38,840 nt of DNA from Pristiophorus japonicus (lineage: Eukaryota). The notes beneath the pieces are model-generated. The model was not told the origin of the DNA and did no database searches. It saw only the letters and a program-made list of their open reading frames with translations. This document shows positions 24,792-36,824 of this stretch, one piece after another. The stretch covers positions 25,941,161 through 25,980,000 of the forward strand of contig NC_091990.1 of assembly GCF_044704955.1 (NCBI RefSeq), in the 5' to 3' direction. Position numbers and translations under genes: made by a program. Each line of letters begins with the position of its first letter. Positions within the stretch are counted from its first letter, which is position 1.

Positions 24792-25460
24792 TCAGACAAA
24801 CTCCTTCATCGTAAATCCTCTACCTGGGAGCTTACTCCGGGGCATGGTTTGATCTGACAAGTGGTTCCTTTGATGGTCTTGTCTATAATCTTTCCTTTCT
24901 GGCCAGGAACAACAGAGAAGACCTCCTCCAATGACCAGGATACACGCAGCTCCCCAACCCAGGAAAAGAGCATTTCCCAGCTCCCTCTTTAAGAAGACGG
25001 GCACCAGAGGGTTGTAAAAGTCAACAATGATGGAGTTTGCAGTCCAGGATACTGGGATAAGAACACACAGCCCAGCGAGGATGAAGAAGGTGCCACCGAC
25101 CACAGTCACCTTCGCCTTGAACCTCGCATCCGCCCACGCACACTTGGTACATTTCATTCCTACACTCGACACAATAATGGCTGAAATCCCTGAAACAATG
25201 GCCATGCACATGAGGGCTCTGGCCAGCTGGATGTTTGGCGGAAGTGCCAGCTGTGATTCATACTTCTTGCACTGTACGTACCCTGTGGCTTGATAGATAC
25301 AGTTCATCCAGATCCCTTCCCACACCATCTCAGAGGTCACAATATTATTCCCAATGAAGGGCGTCACCTTCCACTGCGGCATTCCGATGGTTCCACAGGC
25401 CATAATCCATCCTAATATCCCAATGAAGTATCCAAGCAACTGCAGGGCAGTGCTGGCCAT
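24792..25460 (-). CDS. Classic claudin (claudin-3/4/6/8/9-like group), single coding exon, 222 aa
   Basis: MASTALQLLG start in a strong Kozak context (agaATGG); four hydrophobic segments; ECL1 signature W...EGIWMNC...QC; GMKCTKC loop; ECL2 DFYNPLVP...KRELG; post-TM4 LLCCS; C-terminal EFV. The paralogue cannot be assigned by eye. Confidence 0.96.
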   Translation of the reverse strand: MASTALQLLGYFIGILGWIMACGTIGMPQWKVTPFIGNNIVTSEMVWEGIWMNCIYQATGYVQCKKYESQLALPPNIQLARALMCMAIVSGISAIIVSSVGMKCTKCAWADARFKAKVTVVGGTFFILAGLCVLIPVSWTANSIIVDFYNPLVPVFLKRELGNALFLGWGAACILVIGGGLLCCSWPERKDYRQDHQRNHLSDQTMPRSKLPGRGFTMKEFV

Positions 25461-26327
25461 TCTCCAGAACAGATGTCTCTCTCCTTCAGACGTGTCCAGC
25501 AGTATCGCAGCAGTGCTGCTCAGAGAATCTCCACTAGGATGTGTTTCTTGGCTCTGGTTTCTCCAACAGTTAATAACAGGGACCAGGGGAGCAGGAATGT
25601 TTGAATCCAGCGTCTTCTCATCCTGTGGCAGCGAGCTCACAGTGACAGAGGAAGTGATCCTTAGGTACAGTCAATGCTTTGACTGCCTCAGGTGTCAGAG
25701 GATGGATTTCGGGGCAAGGGGAGTGCGGGGGGGACCAAAGGAGATTGCTGGACGTATAGAGCTCCAACATTCAACAGTAATCAGGTGAAGCTGTAAACAA
25801 GAGATTGTGGCGAAAGGGCTGAACATTAAGGAAATATAGCATCGATGTGCCACAGCAGCAAGTCACAAAAATAAATGCTGCTGGGAATGAGAGGAAAGAT
25901 AAGACAGGCAGGTACAGGTCAGTAGAGCTGCCAACAGTCCACCCATGCACAGGGAAAGTGATTCCCTTGGGTAGAGAAATGCAAATCATTCAAAATAAAA
26001 CAATGGGATATCCTATATATGCTGTTCTCCTTTCACAGAGACTGTATACATCGGGGTTACTGTAGAGAGATCGGATTCTCGCTAATAACCCATGGCTAAT
26101 GTGCCACTATTTATGGAACTTGATCAGGAATCCACGTTTTTAATATTCAATCTGTAATGATGTTGATAATGTCCTACTGCAGCTTCTTTCTTCAACAAAA
26201 ACACGCCCACAGAAGATGTTTTGTTAAATTATTAAAAAGCTATTAATTAAATTTTAATTAATTAAATGTAAGGTTTGGCCAAATCCCATGAATACCTCAG
26301 CAGGTCTCAGATCACGGAGTGTCGATT

Positions 26328-26355
26328 GTAACATGGCAACAGTATCCATGGTAAC
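26328..26355. promoter_or_regulatory. Tandem RFX X-box-like motifs upstream of the claudin
   Basis: GTAACATGGCAAC and GTATCCATGGTAAC versus the consensus GTTNCCATGGNAAC; motif match only. Confidence 0.3.
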
Positions 26356-27649
26356 AGCAGTAACTTGCTGTCCCAGTGGTATGGTTAATATCAGAGAACT
26401 TGTGCACTCCATCCGAAACAGAACAGCCAACATCTAATTGACTTGCGATGATTGATGTTTAGGGAAACAGGCAGTGAGTAGCTAAGGGATCTTCACCACC
26501 TTCAGTGTATTAATAAAGTCTCAGGGTGTTGTGGTTTAAACATGTTGGAGCTGTACATCTCCCCGAGCCAGGATGAAGATGGACTGCGCCACACAAAGTC
26601 TATAGTTCAGCATATCACAGGACTCCAATTTCCAAATTAAAAGGGGCCCATCGCCTGAAACTGACAGGCGCATTGAACACCTGGCAGAAGGACCCCCTTC
26701 AAAATGACGCCGGCCGCATTGCCGATGTTAACAGAACGGTAAGGCTCCCAAAGCCATTCTAAGGCTGTTACTGCCCCTTAACGCCATGCAAAGGGAGACA
26801 AAATAAATCCCATTGAACCACAGAACTATAGAAACACAGCTATATCCGTGTTCGGGTGTCCCTGGAGAGGTGTCTGCCAGTACGCTTGAGGCTTCTCCGA
26901 CCGATGGGCACTGCAGAGGCTGGAGTGCATGGTCGACATGGAAAGTACAATTATGATTTGCTAAGTTTCCTTTGACTTTACTCATGATTTGGGTTTATTG
27001 TTTGTGTCCCTTTTAAAAAGAGGGAAATTCTGATTTAATTGATTTCGATTGATGTCTTAGTCATCTAAATTGATAGCTAAAAAAGAGTAGAAACATTGTT
27101 AAAAAAAGGTAAAGATAAGTATTTGCATTTATAAAGCACCTTTCACATCCCATAATGTCCCAAAGTGTTTCATAGCCAACATACTTCTTGCAGCCCATTG
27201 GTCTTTCCACTAACAGCCCGAATCAAACTATTCCAGGTGCTTGGGACATCAGTGTTTTGATTCTATTGTATTTCCTCTTCTCACACTTTGATTGCAGGTG
27301 GGTGTCTTCACCGATTTATATCCAGACTTCTGCTCATTGCCAAACGTCTCTTCCAAGATGACATCATTGTTCCATTCAGCAGGATAGGATTCCCATTGGT
27401 TTATTCTGTAGAATAAACTCATCCTCCATGTGATGGTATAACCCTTCGAGGACCAATGATGTTTGAAGAGAAAGGCAGGCTTTTTAGTGGTCTTTTCTGT
27501 ACAGTTGAAAGGTCAGAAAGTTTTCCATTGGAGAGCCAGATTCTTAATTGATTGAGAATGCATTGAGCATCTTAAGATCTTCAATTATTCAACTCATCTG
27601 TAATTGTTTTACAGTGGATAATGTAGCTGTGATGTACAAGGTCTTCATC

Positions 27650-27742
27650 TTGTGGTAGATGAAGTTAGGATACAGATCAGCCATGATCTCATTGAATGGC
27701 AGAACAGGCTCGAGGGGCTGAATGGCTCCTCCTGTTGCTATG
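27650..27742 (+). mobile_element. CR1 3'UTR remnant
   Basis: cagatcagccatgatctcattgaatggcagaacaggctcgaggggctgaatggc matches the 3' ends of the CR1 copies at ~31480-31540 and ~33005-33065. Confidence 0.8.
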
Positions 27743-28399
27743 TTGTGTTGCTGCACACAAAGTAGGATGCCTTCCTGACACAAAGGATCTGATCCTCCTT
27801 ATTGCCTCATTCTTCTTTCCTTCCCCATTCACAGTGACACTCAGAATGGTACAGAAACTGAGAAGAACTTGATGGCAGGAAATGCTATTGGCTGCATTTT
27901 TCATGTGGTAAAGGCACAAGTTGAAGATTCGGGTATTGAGGCCTGGACAGAAGTGGGTCCCAGGACAACGAGCTAGAACTTTCCAGGATGGCCTCCCCTT
28001 CAGGGCCCGTTTCTATTGGGCACTCTGTGATTTAAGCCCTGATTGACTGCTCCAGCTGTATTATGATGAAATCACCCCTCATTTGCATGAAGCTTGGGGC
28101 CTTTTGTACCGTTGACCTTAGGGGCCCCCCTGTTGTATCTTGTGTGCTCCACCTACACACAACACATGTCACTCAGTACGTCTCAAGCCTCCACTCTCAA
28201 TAAATATGGGGGCCCTATGTGTTAGAAAATAAATGAGAAAATGTTTCCCAGATGCTTTCTGTATGAAGTTATCAGGTCCTAACTAGCCCCTAGCTTAAAA
28301 GTGCAAAATTCTCCCAGGCTGTTAGCAGCAGAGTCTGGGAGATTCACACCCCATTCTCAGAGACTCCTGGGCAATTCAGAAGGGTTGGCAACCCTAACT

Positions 28400-28700
28400 C
28401 CAGTACAATATCAGAGATACTTCCTTCAGATGTTAAACTGCGACCATATCTGGCACTCCAGTGGTTCAGATCAATGTTGAAGATCTTGTTTGAAGAAGAG
28501 CAGGGGATTCTCCTGGTGTCCTGCAGCCAACATTTCTCCCTCAACCAACGCCTGACTAACCGCTTGATCATCTCATGGCTATATGTGGGACCTTGTTGTG
28601 TGCTAAATGTTTGCCACATTGACTATATAACAGTGACTACACTTCAAAACAATTCTGTGTGTATGGAGCATTGTGAATTGTTCTGAGATAAGGTGCGTTC
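28400..28700 (+). mobile_element. Diverged Deu-domain SINE
   Basis: tttgaagaagagcaggggattctcctggtgtcctgcagccaacatttctccctcaaccaac...gtgactacacttcaaa is homologous to 9190-9590. Confidence 0.7.
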
Positions 28701-29139
28701 TCTTACTGTGCTGGAAATTAAACCTCCTTGAGCCAAACCACACATCAAGTCTTTTTGACACCTCGGGCTTTGCTTCTGCAAAGCCTATCACTAACCTAAT
28801 TAGGTCACCTCGCTCCACATTATCTCTTCACAATGATCAGGCAATTAATCTCGTATTAGTTACTCTTTCATTAAATTTACACCAAGTCCAATCTTCTCTT
28901 TGGGCTGATTCACAATATTTGAGGAGCTAACCTGTGAATAAATGACCCCAGGGCTTCCTCAGCCCTGCCCATGGTTGGAGATGGACAGAACCGCGGGCAA
29001 ATCCGTGATTGGTCCTCACACTTCATACCAGCTGGGAAAGATTGTCTCCTTTCCTGTCCAACAACAACAACTGGCATTTATATATTGCCTTTAATGTAGT
29101 AAAACGTCCCGAGGAGCCGACTCTTCTGTGGACAGTAGC

Positions 29140-29445
29140 TACCCTCTTGGTACCTCAACCATGTGGCCTCCCGTCATGTGTGTACTAAGACGAGGGTCAC
29201 TGGCAGATCAACCCGGGGAGCAACACAGCTGAGACCAATTCTGCCCTTACTCAGTCGCCACTCACACACACACAGCTTCCAGCAGGAGTCAATGGATAGA
29301 GAACAGGAGCAAAACCCCACTGATTCTTTAACCTCCCCTTAGCTCAGGGGGACTGAGGCAAATTGTAACCCGTCAGCCACCCCGCCACCCCAGCTGAGAT
29401 GAGCTAACTCAGGACAGAGATTGAATCTAGGATCTTCCTGCTCAC
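29140..29445 (-). mobile_element. tRNA-derived SINE-like element
   Basis: The minus strand has a B-box-like gattcaatctc followed by gagttagctcatctcagctgggg...acaatttgcctcagtccccctgagctaagggga; a related fragment lies at 745-900. Family not named. Confidence 0.5.
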
Positions 29446-29544
29446 TACACAGTACCATCACAGGACAGTTCCCAACTGCAGGAAATACATCTGGGCACAT
29501 CCATCAGAGAGGCAATAGTTCGTCGGCTACAAATTATTGTTTAA

Positions 29545-30490
29545 TTCATTCATGGGATGTGCGCGTCGTTGGCAAGACCAGCATTTATTGCCCATCCCTA
29601 ATTGCCCTTGAGAAGGTGGTGGTGAGCTGCCTTCTTGAACCGCTGCACTCCTTCTGGTGAAGGTTCTCCCACAGTGCTGTTAGGTAGGGAGTTCCAGGAT
29701 TTTGACCCAGCAACGGTGAAGAAATGGCAATTATATTTACAAGTCAGGATGCTGTGTAAATTGGAGGGAAACTTGCAGGTGATGGTATTCCCATGTGCCT
29801 GCTACACTTGTCCTTCTAGGTGGTAGAGGCCACAGGTGTGGGAGGTGCTGCCAAAGATGCCTTGGCGAGTTGCTGCAGTGCATCTTGTAGATGGTACACA
29901 TTACAGCTAAAGTGCGCCAGTGATGGAGAGAGTGAATGTTTAAGGTGGTGGATGGGGTGCCAATCAAGTGGGCTGCTTTGTCCTGGATGGTGTTGAGCTT
30001 CTTGAGTGTTGTTGGAGCTGCACTCATCCAGGCAAGTTGAGAGTGTTCCATCACACTCCTTACTTGTGCCTTGTAGATGGTACAAAGGCTTTAGGGAGTC
30101 AGGAGGTGAGATATTCGCTGCAGAATACCCAAACTCTGACCTCCTCTTGTTGCCACAGTATTTATGTGGCTGGTCCAGTTTCTGATCAATGGTCACCAGG
30201 TTATTGATAATGGGGGATTCAGCGATGCTAATGCCATTCAATGTCAAGAGGCAGAGGTTAGACTCTCGTATGTTGGAGATAGTCATTGCCTGGCACTTGC
30301 GAGGTGCAAATGTTACTTGCCACTTATCAGCCCAAGCCTGAATGTTGTCCAGATCTTGCTGCATACAGGCATGGACTTCTTCACTATCCGAGGAGTTGCG
30401 AATGGAATTGAACACTGCAATCATCAGTGAACATCTCCACTTCTGACCTTATGGTGGAGGGAAGGTCATTGATGAAGCAGCTGAAATGTT
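29545..30490 (-). mobile_element. CR1-group LINE (second family), RT C-terminus and 3'UTR
   Basis: ORF 29816-30424 has MQQDLDNIQAWADKWQVTFAPRKCQAMTIS; ORF 29737-30054 has LAWMSAAPTTLKKLNTIQDKAAHLIG. Confidence 0.9.
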
Positions 30491-30944
30491 TGTGCCTGGG
30501 ATAGCAGCATCATTTCCCCCTCATTCCCTCACTCACAGACAGCAGCTGGGTGGCAAGAGTTTCAGACAGTAGCCCAAGATGCCCTAAGGCAAATATTTCC
30601 ATTTCACGTGCCAAATGTTCACTGTTCTGGTTATCAGGCAACATAAGAATGTAGGAATGTCACGACAAAATAAAAAAAGTCCATCTAGTTCGCCTTGTAC
30701 CATCCTGGTAGTCATGTGATACAATGATAATGGAGTTGTGGACTAAACATAGGAATCAATCTCTATCAATGAGTCTACAGCAGATCCAGACATGAGGCAA
30801 GGAAACCCCCCAGTGGTGGAGAGCTTTGGGAATCATGTCCAAAGTCAACTGTGCTCCCAAGCATAAACCAGCTTCACTTGAAATCATTCATCAGGAGCAA
30901 AGCAGATACAATCGTGTGAATACCCAATAGTGTGGACAACAAAA

Positions 30945-31565
30945 CAAGTAGGCAAATGGAATGTTAGCCTTTATTGCAAGGGGGACAGAGTATAAAAGCA
31001 CCCTGTATTGGTGAGGCCACACCTGGAGTACTGTGTATTTAAGGAAGGATATACTTGCATTGGAGGCTATTCAGAGAAGGTTCACTAGGTTGATTCCAGA
31101 GATGAGGGGGTTGACTTATGAGGATATGTTGAGTAGGTTGGGCCTATACACATTGGAGTTCAGAAGAATGAGAGGTGATCTTATTGAAACTTAAAAGATA
31201 ATGAGGGGTCTCAACAAGGTGGTTGCAGAGAGGATATTTCCACTCATAGGGGAAACTAAAACTAGGGGGCATAGAATAAGAGGCCGCCCATTTAAAACTG
31301 AAATGAGCAGAAATTTCTTCTCTCCGAGGGTATGGAATTATCTATGGAATTCTCAGCTCCAGAGAGCTGTGGAAGCTGGGTAATTGAATATATTTAAGGC
31401 GGAGATAGACAGATTTTGAGCGATAAGGAAGTAAAAGGTTATGGGAAGCGGGTAGGGAAGTGGAGCTGAGTCCTTGATCAGATCAGCCGTGATCTTATTG
31501 AATGGTAGAGCAGGCTCGATGGGCCAAATGGCCTACTCCTGCTCCTATTTCTTATGTTCTTATGT
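30945..31565 (+). mobile_element. CR1 3' fragment with deletions
   Basis: ANGMLAFIARG, LVRPHLEYC and RGRPFKTEMSRNFFS segments; tail tcttatgttcttatg. Confidence 0.93.
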
Positions 31566-31754
31566 TACTCAGGAAGTTACTCAAGAAGCCTCGTTATTCA
31601 ACGAGTTTGAGTAGTTTGATTTTGCAGGTTTTTAAAAAATTATTCCTTGTTCTGTTATTCTCTCCCAAATTCCCCAGGGTGGGTTTGGTGATTGGATTTT
31701 AATCCTATCGCATTTTGCTGATTTTGAAGAGGATTTTTGAAATGTTTTCCAAAT

Positions 31755-33088
31755 GTAGCAGGACATATGGAAAAGCATAATTCAGTCAGGCAGAGTCAGC
31801 ATGGATTTATGAAGGGGAAGTCATGTTTGACAAATTTGCTGGAATTCTTTGAGGATGTAACGAGGATGTGGATAAAGGGGAACCAGTGGATGTGGTATTT
31901 GGACTTCCAGAAGGCATTCGACAAGGTGCCACATATAAAGTTACTACACAAGATAAAAGGTCACGGGGTTGGGGGTAATATATTAGCATGGATAGAGGAT
32001 TGGCTAACTAACAGAAAACAGAGAGTCGGGATAAATGGTTCATTCTTGGGTTGGCAAACAGTAACTAGTGTGGTGCCACATGGATCAGTGCTGGGACCCC
32101 AACTATTTACAATCTATATTAACAACTTGTTAGAAGGGACCGAGTGTAACGTAGCCAAGTTTGCTGACGATACAAAGATGGGAGGAAAAGCAATGTGTGA
32201 GGAGGACACAAAAACCTACAAAAGGACATAGACAGGCTAAGTGAGTGGGCAAAAATTTGGCAGATGGAGTATAATGTTGGAAAGTGTGAGGTTATGCACT
32301 TTGGCAGGAAAAAAATCAAAGAGCAAGCTATTATTTAAATGGAGAAAAATTGCAAAGTGCTGCAGTACAGCAGGATCTGGGGGTCCTGGTTCACGAAACA
32401 CAGAAGGTTAGTATGTAGGTACAGCAAGTGATCAGGAAGGCCAATGGAACCTTGGCCTTTATTGCAAAGGGGATGGAGTATGAAAGCAGGGAAGTTTTGC
32501 TACAATAATACAGGGTATTGGTGAGGCCACACCTGGAATACTGCATGCAGTTTTGGTTTCCATATTTAAGAAAGGATATACTTGCTTTGGAGGCAGTTCA
32601 GAGAAGGTTCACTAGGTTGATTCCGGAGATGAGGGGGTTGACATATGAAGAAAGGTTGAGTAGGTTGGGCCTCTACTCATTGGAATTTAGAAGAATGAGA
32701 GGTGATCTTATCGAAATGTGTAAGATTATGAGGGGGCTTGACAAGGTGGATGCAGAGAGGATGTTTCCACTGATGGGGGAGACTAGAACTAGGGGGCATA
32801 ATCTTAGAATAAGGGGCCGCCCATTTAAAACTGAGATGAGGAGAAATTTCTTCTCTCAAGGGTTGTAAATCTGTGGAATTCGCTGCCTCAGAGCTGTGGA
32901 AGCTGAGTCATTTAATAAATTGAAGACAGAGATAGACAGTTTCTTAACCGATAAGGGAATAAGGGGTTATGGGGAGTGGGCAAGGAAGTGGACCTGAGTC
33001 CATGATCGGATCAGCCATGATCGTATTAAATGGCAGACTAGGCTCGAGGGGCCGTATGGCCTATTCCTGCTCCTATTATGTTCTTATG
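31755..33088 (+). mobile_element. CR1 LINE, 5'-truncated RT to 3' tail, frameshifted
   Basis: SQHGFMKGKSCLTNLLEFFE, YLDFQKAFDKVPH, KFADDTK and VRPHLEYCMQFW; tail tatgttcttatg. Confidence 0.96.
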
Positions 33089-33199
33089 TACAATTATTAA
33101 AATCACTCAACCACATGAATAAGGACCATACATTCAGAAATAGCCTACAATCCCCATCATAGCATCCTGCACTAAATTATTCCAGACTCTTGCCTCTGA

Positions 33200-33605
33200 A
33201 ATATAAGTTTGTGGGTTTGAGCACCACGCCAGTGCTGAGGGAGTTATTGTCATTCACATGTGTTGATCCTGGGATAAATCTGCCGGGGTGGGGCTATCTG
33301 AAGTATAGCAGGGAGTTCTCCTGGTGGCCTGGCCAACATTCCTCCCTCAAGCAATATCGCCAGAAACAAATGAAATGTTCATTCACCTCAATTGCCATTT
33401 GTGAGATTTGTCCGCAAAGTGTCTGCTGCATTTTCCCTAAATAACAGCGAGGACACTCCAAAACGAATTAATTGGCGAAGCGCTTTGGGAAATCCCGAAG
33501 ATGCGAAAGATTCTCAAAAAGTGTCAATTCTATTTCCAAAGTTACTCATGATGTATGAAGTGCTTTGAGATGTTTCGGGAGATGTGATGAGGCTTAAATG
33601 CAAAC
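33200..33605 (+). mobile_element. Highly diverged Deu-domain SINE
   Basis: ccagtgctgagggag..., gaagtatagcagggagttctcctggtggcctggccaacattcctccctcaa and gaagcgctttggga are homologous to the other copies. Confidence 0.55.
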
Positions 33606-35304
33606 CTGTCTCTACACAGCCACACACAATCTTACCTTTGAAGGTATTTCTTCAGTAACATAAATTGAACCAAAGAACCGCGCATAATAAAAGTTTAATT
33701 GGCTCTGGCAGCATAGGAACAAAGTAACTCGTATAGAGTTATTTAAAGCCGCCTGTCGTGATTCTCTGAATCTGTAAGACTATCTGTGACTCGTGTCAGC
33801 TGAAAGCTCGCTGCAACAGTACACCAGGGAGTAAACCAAACAGACAAAAGCAGCTCGCATCGCTTTGCTTTCGGCTGGGTTGCTGGTGACAATCCGACAG
33901 CTGTGGGAGTCCCTCACTGCGAGGGACTAACGGAATTCAGGAACCATTGGTTTGAAGTCAGTTTCCTAACCGGGGGTGAACACAGACCTGAAGCTAAGCG
34001 CGGAGTGGTGACACTGCAAACGATTGTAATGTGATATTGGCACACATAACATGATCAACTCAACACACACAGAGTGATGCGTGGCTCCAAAAGAGAAACT
34101 TCGTTAAAATGGTATTACTCGCACTTGCCCTGCTGATTAACAGTGGGACATTACTCCTTCCCTTAAAATGTACAGAACTCGGGTCGCCTTTAAAAATGAA
34201 TCTGCGCCATACTTTCAAACATGGAGCAGATTGCAACCTTTCTGTTCCTGTAACTCCCAACCTGTTTCTGCTTTGTCCGAATGTGTCTCAATCGTGCATC
34301 CCGCCAACCTGCCAAGTCTGACCGCATGGCCCAGATTTTTCCTCGAATTGAGTTACGCCAATAGCGCCCCTTCAAAGAAAATGTGGCCTGCAAAGGGTAG
34401 GAGGGTACGCGTGTTTCCTGGGTCTGCTCGTTTACATTCCCATTGGTGCATCATTGGTGTAAAACCGGGGTGAAACAGCTGAACTACTTCTGTAGAGCCT
34501 TCAAATAAACAGCGGAGCCTGCGCTCTTCAGCTGCAGACTGGACTCTCTCGCTTCACTCTCTAGTAACGCCACCGCATTTCTTATGATATTTGTATTAAT
34601 ACTTGTACAGAATTCTGACCCCAGCAGGATCCAGAGAGCAGCAAGACCAGAGAAGAAGAACGCAGAACTTCATTGATTGAGACCATCAAGATCCCCTCAA
34701 GGAAATTGAAGGCAACAGACCCAGACCCCTGCTCTGCCCAGGGTGTAAATGTGCTGACTGGAAGGGGCGGATTGATACTAAATGCCAATTCCCACCCCCC
34801 AGAATTGCAGTACACAGCTTCAAAAAGCTCCACATCCCACCACAGCTAGCAAGGTAGCACCCTGCACACTCTTCGCCTTCTTAAAGCAACACTTGTACAG
34901 TGAACGCGTCACAGTGCTCACATGTTAAGGGGGGGTTCTAACTCAGCATCTTGCACTATTGTTACCCAGTTCTCCTCGCAACAGTTACTCACATGCATAA
35001 CCCTAAAAGCCCTTCTTCCACATCTCTTACTCCACCTCTCTCCCGTGCCACTTGGCAGGCATTCCTCAACCTTGCCAGCCTTACCCTCATTCACTCCATC
35101 TTCTCGCGGGAGAAATTGGCGCAGAGACCCCAACAAAGGCGGGTCGCCAGAGGAAGCATCCCCACCTGTGAAGCCCTCACCCCCTTTGAGGACCAGACCA
35201 TGCAGCTGGTGGCCAGTCACTCGGCCCTTCCCGTGGGAGATGGCGAGCTCGGCGGCGCCTTGTGGCCATGAAGGGCCCTATATACATGCAAGTTCTTTAA
35301 ACAT

Positions 35305-35405
35305 GAAAGTTCTGGAATTTATATACGGAAGCATTGACTACAAGACAAGAGGTGGTGGTGAATCAGTACAAGATGTGGGTGAGGCTATAGTTAGAACACT
35401 GCAGC
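35305..35405 (+). mobile_element. Ancient CR1 ORF2 remnant
   Basis: VLEFIYGSIDYKTR then (frameshift) NQYKMWVRL*LEH parallels CR1 LGFI.RGIEYKS.EV..LY..LVRP.LEY. Confidence 0.5.
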
Positions 35406-36653
35406 TTGAGATAGGGGATAGAAATAGAGAGGGGAGTGTTCCATCCATTCAACCCATTGGAAATTGGAATGCAAGAGCTGTCCCAAGGATTATGTTGGGA
35501 CATGTCATGACTTCACGAACCAGGGTTTGATGCAATAATCATTAACTGTGGCTTCACACATTCCTCTTCAAAATCAGGCGGAAATGATTGGCTAAGAGTT
35601 GAAGTCAAATGACCCTGGAATGGAGGTGCATGATAGGCGTTGTCCATAAGCATGAGCGTGTCACCTTTCTAACTTACTGCGAGGCTTCCACAACTCCTGA
35701 ACTTCAGGGAAATCTGTGAATCTGGAAGCCCTTCTGGGCAATATGTTTGAGCTACTCTGAACAGAGCTGGGCTTCGGGGTCACGGAGATGTCAATGCGAT
35801 CACTCCCTGAAGCCTCATGTTGCCATCCTAGTTTCAGGCATTGCAGCGACAATCACAGTTCGTGACCCTCAAGTCTGCATGTGGCATGTGTCAGTGAGCT
35901 GGCTGAGCAGACATTGCTTGTTAATACTGAGTAGGAAGCGGCCAGCCAAGGAGATAGCCGAGAGAGCGAGAGAGAGAGACTCTTTCCCTGGTCCTGTCTC
36001 TGATGTCTAAACAGAGACTCCGGTCAATATTGCTAATTCTGGCGGTGCACAGAGCACGAGAGATCGCCGTGTTGGAAAATGTGCATTTTAAAAAGACAAA
36101 ACATATTCTGGGATAGATCATCAGGTGTCCAGGGTTAGAACGAGACCGGAGATTACATTTATTTTATTCAAGTGTAGACATGTAGCCTAACAATTAAACC
36201 CAGTCAGAAACTTCGGGAATGTACAACGTTCCTACATCTCACAATTCCCTTATTTTTAAAACAATATTTGAGTCTGGTCCGAAACTACAGTCTTGGTCTC
36301 CCCGCACATCTCGGCTATGAAGAAATATAATCTTGGGCCGTCTCTGATTCGACAGGCACTGGTGTGCTCGCTGGAGGCAGTTTCAGGTCACATGCGCGTC
36401 TCCATCACACTGAAATTTTAATGTAACCTGCTGTAGTCAAACAGCCCACTCAATCTGCCTTGAATCGGCGCCTGAGGCAGAAGGCAGACTCGAAAGGATA
36501 ACTGTCTTCACCTTCACAGCCGAGCTTGCGATGCCCCGGGCCCTGAGTGTTTGGTACTAGGTCCAGCTCTAGACTCAGCCCTTGCCCACATTAATGGGCT
36601 TCTGACAACACAGCTCAAGATTTCTCTTAAGTAAGGATCAAAGAACCAACATA

Positions 36654-36740
36654 ATGAATCAGGGAATCTGGAAAGTTTACAAGAGCAAAGTGCTGAAAAG
36701 TTTCACTGTTGACGAGGAGGAGGAGGAAATCAAAGAGCAG
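36654..36740 (+). CDS. C1orf232: C1orf232 homologue, coding exon 1 (uncharacterised vertebrate protein)
   Basis: MNQGIWKVYKSKVLKSFTVDEEEEEIKEQ, then CAG|GTATGT (phase 0). A at -3 and an upstream in-frame TGA at 36603. Resembles the human C1orf232 N-terminus as I recall it (MNQAFWKTYKSKVLQTL...EE). Confidence 0.85.
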
Positions 36741-36824
36741 GTATGTGACGCGACTCTTCAAGCACTTCTTCAAGGTAACAGAAAATGCAAGAAATACTCA
36801 GCAGCCCAGGCAGTGCCTGTCAAT

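Noticed and set aside
25461-25640. 60-aa N-terminal extension of the claudin ORF
   Set aside because: It begins at a GTG; classic claudins start at the MAS motif, which has a strong Kozak context at 25460.
27250-27425. Candidate exons (plus-strand acceptor at ~27297; 57-codon minus-strand frame MSLFYRINQWESYPAEW...)
   Set aside because: No recognisable homology and no consistent donor/acceptor pair.
30640-30870. Possible minus-strand SINE with a CR1-like tail (acataagaa)
   Set aside because: Only the short tail is recognisable; no head or second copy in the window.
34922-35530. 202-aa ORF
   Set aside because: No recognisable domain; part of it is a decayed CR1 remnant.
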